Shown: positions 23,844 through 25,975 of the stretch, one piece after another
Layout of the letters: the number at the start of each line of letters is the position of its first letter
How positions within the stretch are numbered: position 1 is the first letter of the stretch
DNA from: a virus
Taxonomy: Duplodnaviria > Caudoviricetes
DNA: 25,975 nt
Virus record (IMG/VR): IMGVR_UViG_3300047561_000907
Coordinates: 1-25,975 of that record
Reading direction: 5' to 3' (one strand)
The notes under the pieces: generated by a model
What the model saw: the letters and a program-made list of their open reading frames with translations, nothing else
Database searches by the model: none
What the model was told of the DNA's origin: nothing
Position numbers and translations under genes: made by a program

Positions 23844-24505
23844 GTTTACGCGCAGATAGTTCAATAGAAGAACTTCCCCTATTCCAAGGGGAGAACGGAG
23901 GTGCGATCCCTACCTCTGCGCTCCAACTTAAATTCCGGTCCATAGGGTCAAAGACGATGAATGAAGTAGTCGTAGCCAACCACTACGCGCACCGGGCCGT
24001 GCCTTGCAACTGGTCGTTCGGATGCTTCCATGGCAGTGAACTGCTGGGAGTAATCTCGTTCGGCAAACCCGCGTCGCCTCATCTATGCAGGGGCATATGC
24101 GGGGCAGAGAATGCGTCCAGGGTCTACGAGTTGAACAGATTGTGGCTCGACGATCGGTGCCCTAAGAACTCTGAGAGCAGATTCATATCCTGGAGCATTC
24201 GAGAGTTAACAAAGTTGCGACCGTACTTGATCCTGGTTAGCTATGCAGATACCGGGGCCGGGCATAACGGAATGATCTACGCAGCCACCAACTGGATTTA
24301 CACCGGACTATCTGACAAGAGATCTTCCGGTGACAAGGTTGTCGGAAACAAGCACAGCAGGCACTCTAGGACAATGGAAGAGGCAGTGATTGTGCCCAGG
24401 ACTAGGAAGCATAGGTTTGTTTACTTTTGTAACCAAGAGGATAGAACTTTACTGAAATGGAATGTAGAGAACTGGAAAGAGTGGAAAGAATGGAGGGAAG
24501 AATGA
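23840..24505 (+). CDS. mom: Mom-family adenine modification (carbamoylmethylation) enzyme, GNAT fold
   Basis: NHY.HR, FG......L.GVI.FG.P, ELNRLW......NSES.FIS, LVSYAD...H.G.IY.A.NW.YTG and K.RFVYF motifs. GTG 23840 is coupled to the upstream TGA. Confidence 0.8.
   Translation: MSLRADSSIEELPLFQGENGGAIPTSALQLKFRSIGSKTMNEVVVANHYAHRAVPCNWSFGCFHGSELLGVISFGKPASPHLCRGICGAENASRVYELNRLWLDDRCPKNSESRFISWSIRELTKLRPYLILVSYADTGAGHNGMIYAATNWIYTGLSDKRSSGDKVVGNKHSRHSRTMEEAVIVPRTRKHRFVYFCNQEDRTLLKWNVENWKEWKEWREE
23850..23925 (+). tRNA. non-canonical tRNA-Gly(TCC)-like element embedded in the mom 5' coding region
   Basis: Acceptor GCGCAGA/TCTGCGC + T discriminator + CCA; T8A9; D-stem GTTC/GAAC; anticodon stem TCCCC/GGGGA with TTCCAA in the loop; T-arm GGAGG-TGCGATC-CCT(A)CC; 76 nt. 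Confidence 0.75.
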
Positions 24506-24705
24506 GTCAATCAATTGAATGTCCTAACTGTAAATGTGAGGTCCCGGTGGCGTTATTCGCGTCCAGGATCGGCAAGGTTACGTCGGAGGCTAAGGCTAAG
24601 GCATCGATCGCTAATGGTAAGAAGGGTGGGGCGCCTAAAGGGAACAGGAATTGGGCCGGGAAAGAGCTCCCGGTGGCATCGTTTCGACCCATCAAACTGG
24701 ACTGA
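24502..24705 (+). CDS. small putative DNA-binding protein (CxxC + TSEAKA.AS..NGKKGG.P motif)
   Basis: GGAGG RBS, ATGA overlap with mom; basic KGG.PKGNRN motif. Confidence 0.65.
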   Translation: MSQSIECPNCKCEVPVALFASRIGKVTSEAKAKASIANGKKGGAPKGNRNWAGKELPVASFRPIKLD

Positions 24706-24945
24706 AACATAGCCCGAAAGGGCTAGAAACAGCTATTTCGCCCTACTCTGTTAAACCCGGGTTCTACACTGTTTCACCATTTCGTTCCCCTTATATATAT
24801 ATAATGGTGAAACAGACCCTGTTAGAGCGGGGAACTAAAGTTCCCCCGCTTCGCTTCGCTAGCGGTACCGCTCCAACCGCGGGGTCTTTTCAGTTTACCA
24901 TATGCCTTTTTGATTCTTACCAGAAAGAATAGGTGAAACATGAAA
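24703..24945. other. palindrome-rich intergenic region, putative replication origin/regulatory region
   Basis: 13-bp inverted repeat 24769-24781/24803-24815 around (TA)n; hairpins at 24710-24725 and 24826-24850; palindrome 24861-24872; several (T)GAAAC motifs. Confidence 0.5.
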
Positions 24946-25083
24946 GACTTGCGCGTCGGCCTGGATGCAATACGTTGACGCAAGCCAGTTCTTATGGGGT
25001 GGGTTGGGGAATTGGTTGCGACCCGGGAGGGGTGAAAGCGGTTCCCGGGCGCGGGGTTTTCTATCCTACCGGGAGGGTTGCAT

Positions 25084-25281
25084 GTGTCAGACGAAGCTAA
25101 AATTAAATCACTCATCGCTGAGAACATTAAGCTCAAGTCAGCATGTTCTGCGTTTTGGAAGTTGCTTACCAATTGCAACAGGAAGTGTAGTGACGAAGTT
25201 GGGGAGACATTAGTAAATGAATGTATCTGGAAACTCCAGCGACTCGCCAACTACTACGAGTCCAAAGGAACAAGCCTCTAG
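25084..25281 (+). CDS. hypothetical protein
   Basis: GGAGG RBS 7 nt before GTG 25084; helical product. Confidence 0.55.
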   Translation: MSDEAKIKSLIAENIKLKSACSAFWKLLTNCNRKCSDEVGETLVNECIWKLQRLANYYESKGTSL

Positions 25282-25852
25282 TCCTAACCAGGAATCTAAC
25301 CAGGTTCCGAAGCAGAAGAAGAGGCGCATGAAGTTGCGCTTCCCGGAAAAGAAGATTGAGAAGGTAGACGAGAAGCGCCTGGACAAAGAGCGCAGACTCA
25401 TGAATGAAGTTCCGAGTTACATCCCGGACGTTGTCATTGGCGTCAAGGGATTCCCAAAGATTACCGACGAGCACTTAACAATTGTCGAGACAGCACTCAG
25501 CAAAGGGTTTCCGTATGCAATGATTGCGGACCTATTAGGAGTTGCAAAGTCCACATTATCAAGATATCTCGCCGCCAACCCTCACATCGTGGAACGCTTA
25601 AAAAAAGCAGAGGCGCTCCACATCACGCGCGCGCTGGAAGTCATTGATAGGGCGGCAGAAAAGGGCACTTGGCAAGCGGCTGCCTGGCGCATCGAACGCA
25701 GGGCCCAGGAGCATTTTGGACAGCAGTCAAGAGTCCAGGTTGGTGGAGCAGTGGCGAACGTACACTTTACGGCCGCGGACGCGGCGCTCCTGGTCAACGC
25801 AAACAAAATTAAGTATGCCGGGAAGGCGGAGTCGAAGCCTGTTTCCGAGTGA
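25217..25852 (+). CDS. putative terminase small subunit (HTH)
   Basis: ALSKGFPYAMIADLLGVAKSTLSRYL helix-turn-helix followed by KAEA...WQAAAWRIERR...FG, the usual TerS-like pattern; start uncertain. Confidence 0.7.
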   Translation: MNVSGNSSDSPTTTSPKEQASSPNQESNQVPKQKKRRMKLRFPEKKIEKVDEKRLDKERRLMNEVPSYIPDVVIGVKGFPKITDEHLTIVETALSKGFPYAMIADLLGVAKSTLSRYLAANPHIVERLKKAEALHITRALEVIDRAAEKGTWQAAAWRIERRAQEHFGQQSRVQVGGAVANVHFTAADAALLVNANKIKYAGKAESKPVSE

Positions 25853-25975
25853 TATTACATACAAGACTCATTGTGCGACAAATGAAACGACCAATATTCC
25901 AATCATATTCTACCGCAGTTAGGAGTCAATAAAATTGTGGAGACGACACCCCAAACAATCGTGACCCCCCACGAC

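Noticed and set aside
23850-23925. tRNA-like sequence as an attP/integration remnant
   Set aside because: It is full length with perfectly paired stems rather than a 3' fragment, has no duplicate, and no integrase is in the window.
24651-25213. ORFs 24651-24932 and 24965-25213
   Set aside because: They cross palindromic or other coding sequence, lack an RBS and have no recognisable motifs.
25853-25975. Possible pac/terminus sequence after terS
   Set aside because: Truncated by the window edge; no repeat or motif could be confirmed.

Overview
A 26-kb piece of a tailed dsDNA bacteriophage genome with podovirus-like organisation, almost all on the + strand. From left to right it holds: the end of a Gly-rich fibre gene and its partner; tail adaptor and nozzle-like genes; a GNAT-like virion gene; several DNA-ejection/internal virion proteins, including a 1723-aa polyvalent protein; an antisense secreted-protein moron; a GH108 lysozyme; a PD-(D/E)XK nuclease; a recombination/replication block (Hjc-type resolvase, SSB-like protein, exonuclease, DnaB-N/AAA_25 helicase); a glycosyltransferase/2OG-oxygenase cluster; an early-gene block with repeated leaders; a Mom-family adenine-modification gene; an origin-like palindromic region; and a terminase small subunit. 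No integrase, DNA polymerase, capsid, portal or terL is visible in the window. The most striking signal is a complete but non-canonical 76-nt tRNA-Gly(TCC) cloverleaf (23850-23925) inside the 5' coding sequence of the mom-like gene, suggesting a dedicated glycyl-donor or regulatory RNA for DNA hypermodification. Second is an RBS-equipped out-of-frame ORF nested in the 3' end of the polyvalent protein gene. All product calls come from motif recognition by eye; no database searches were run.
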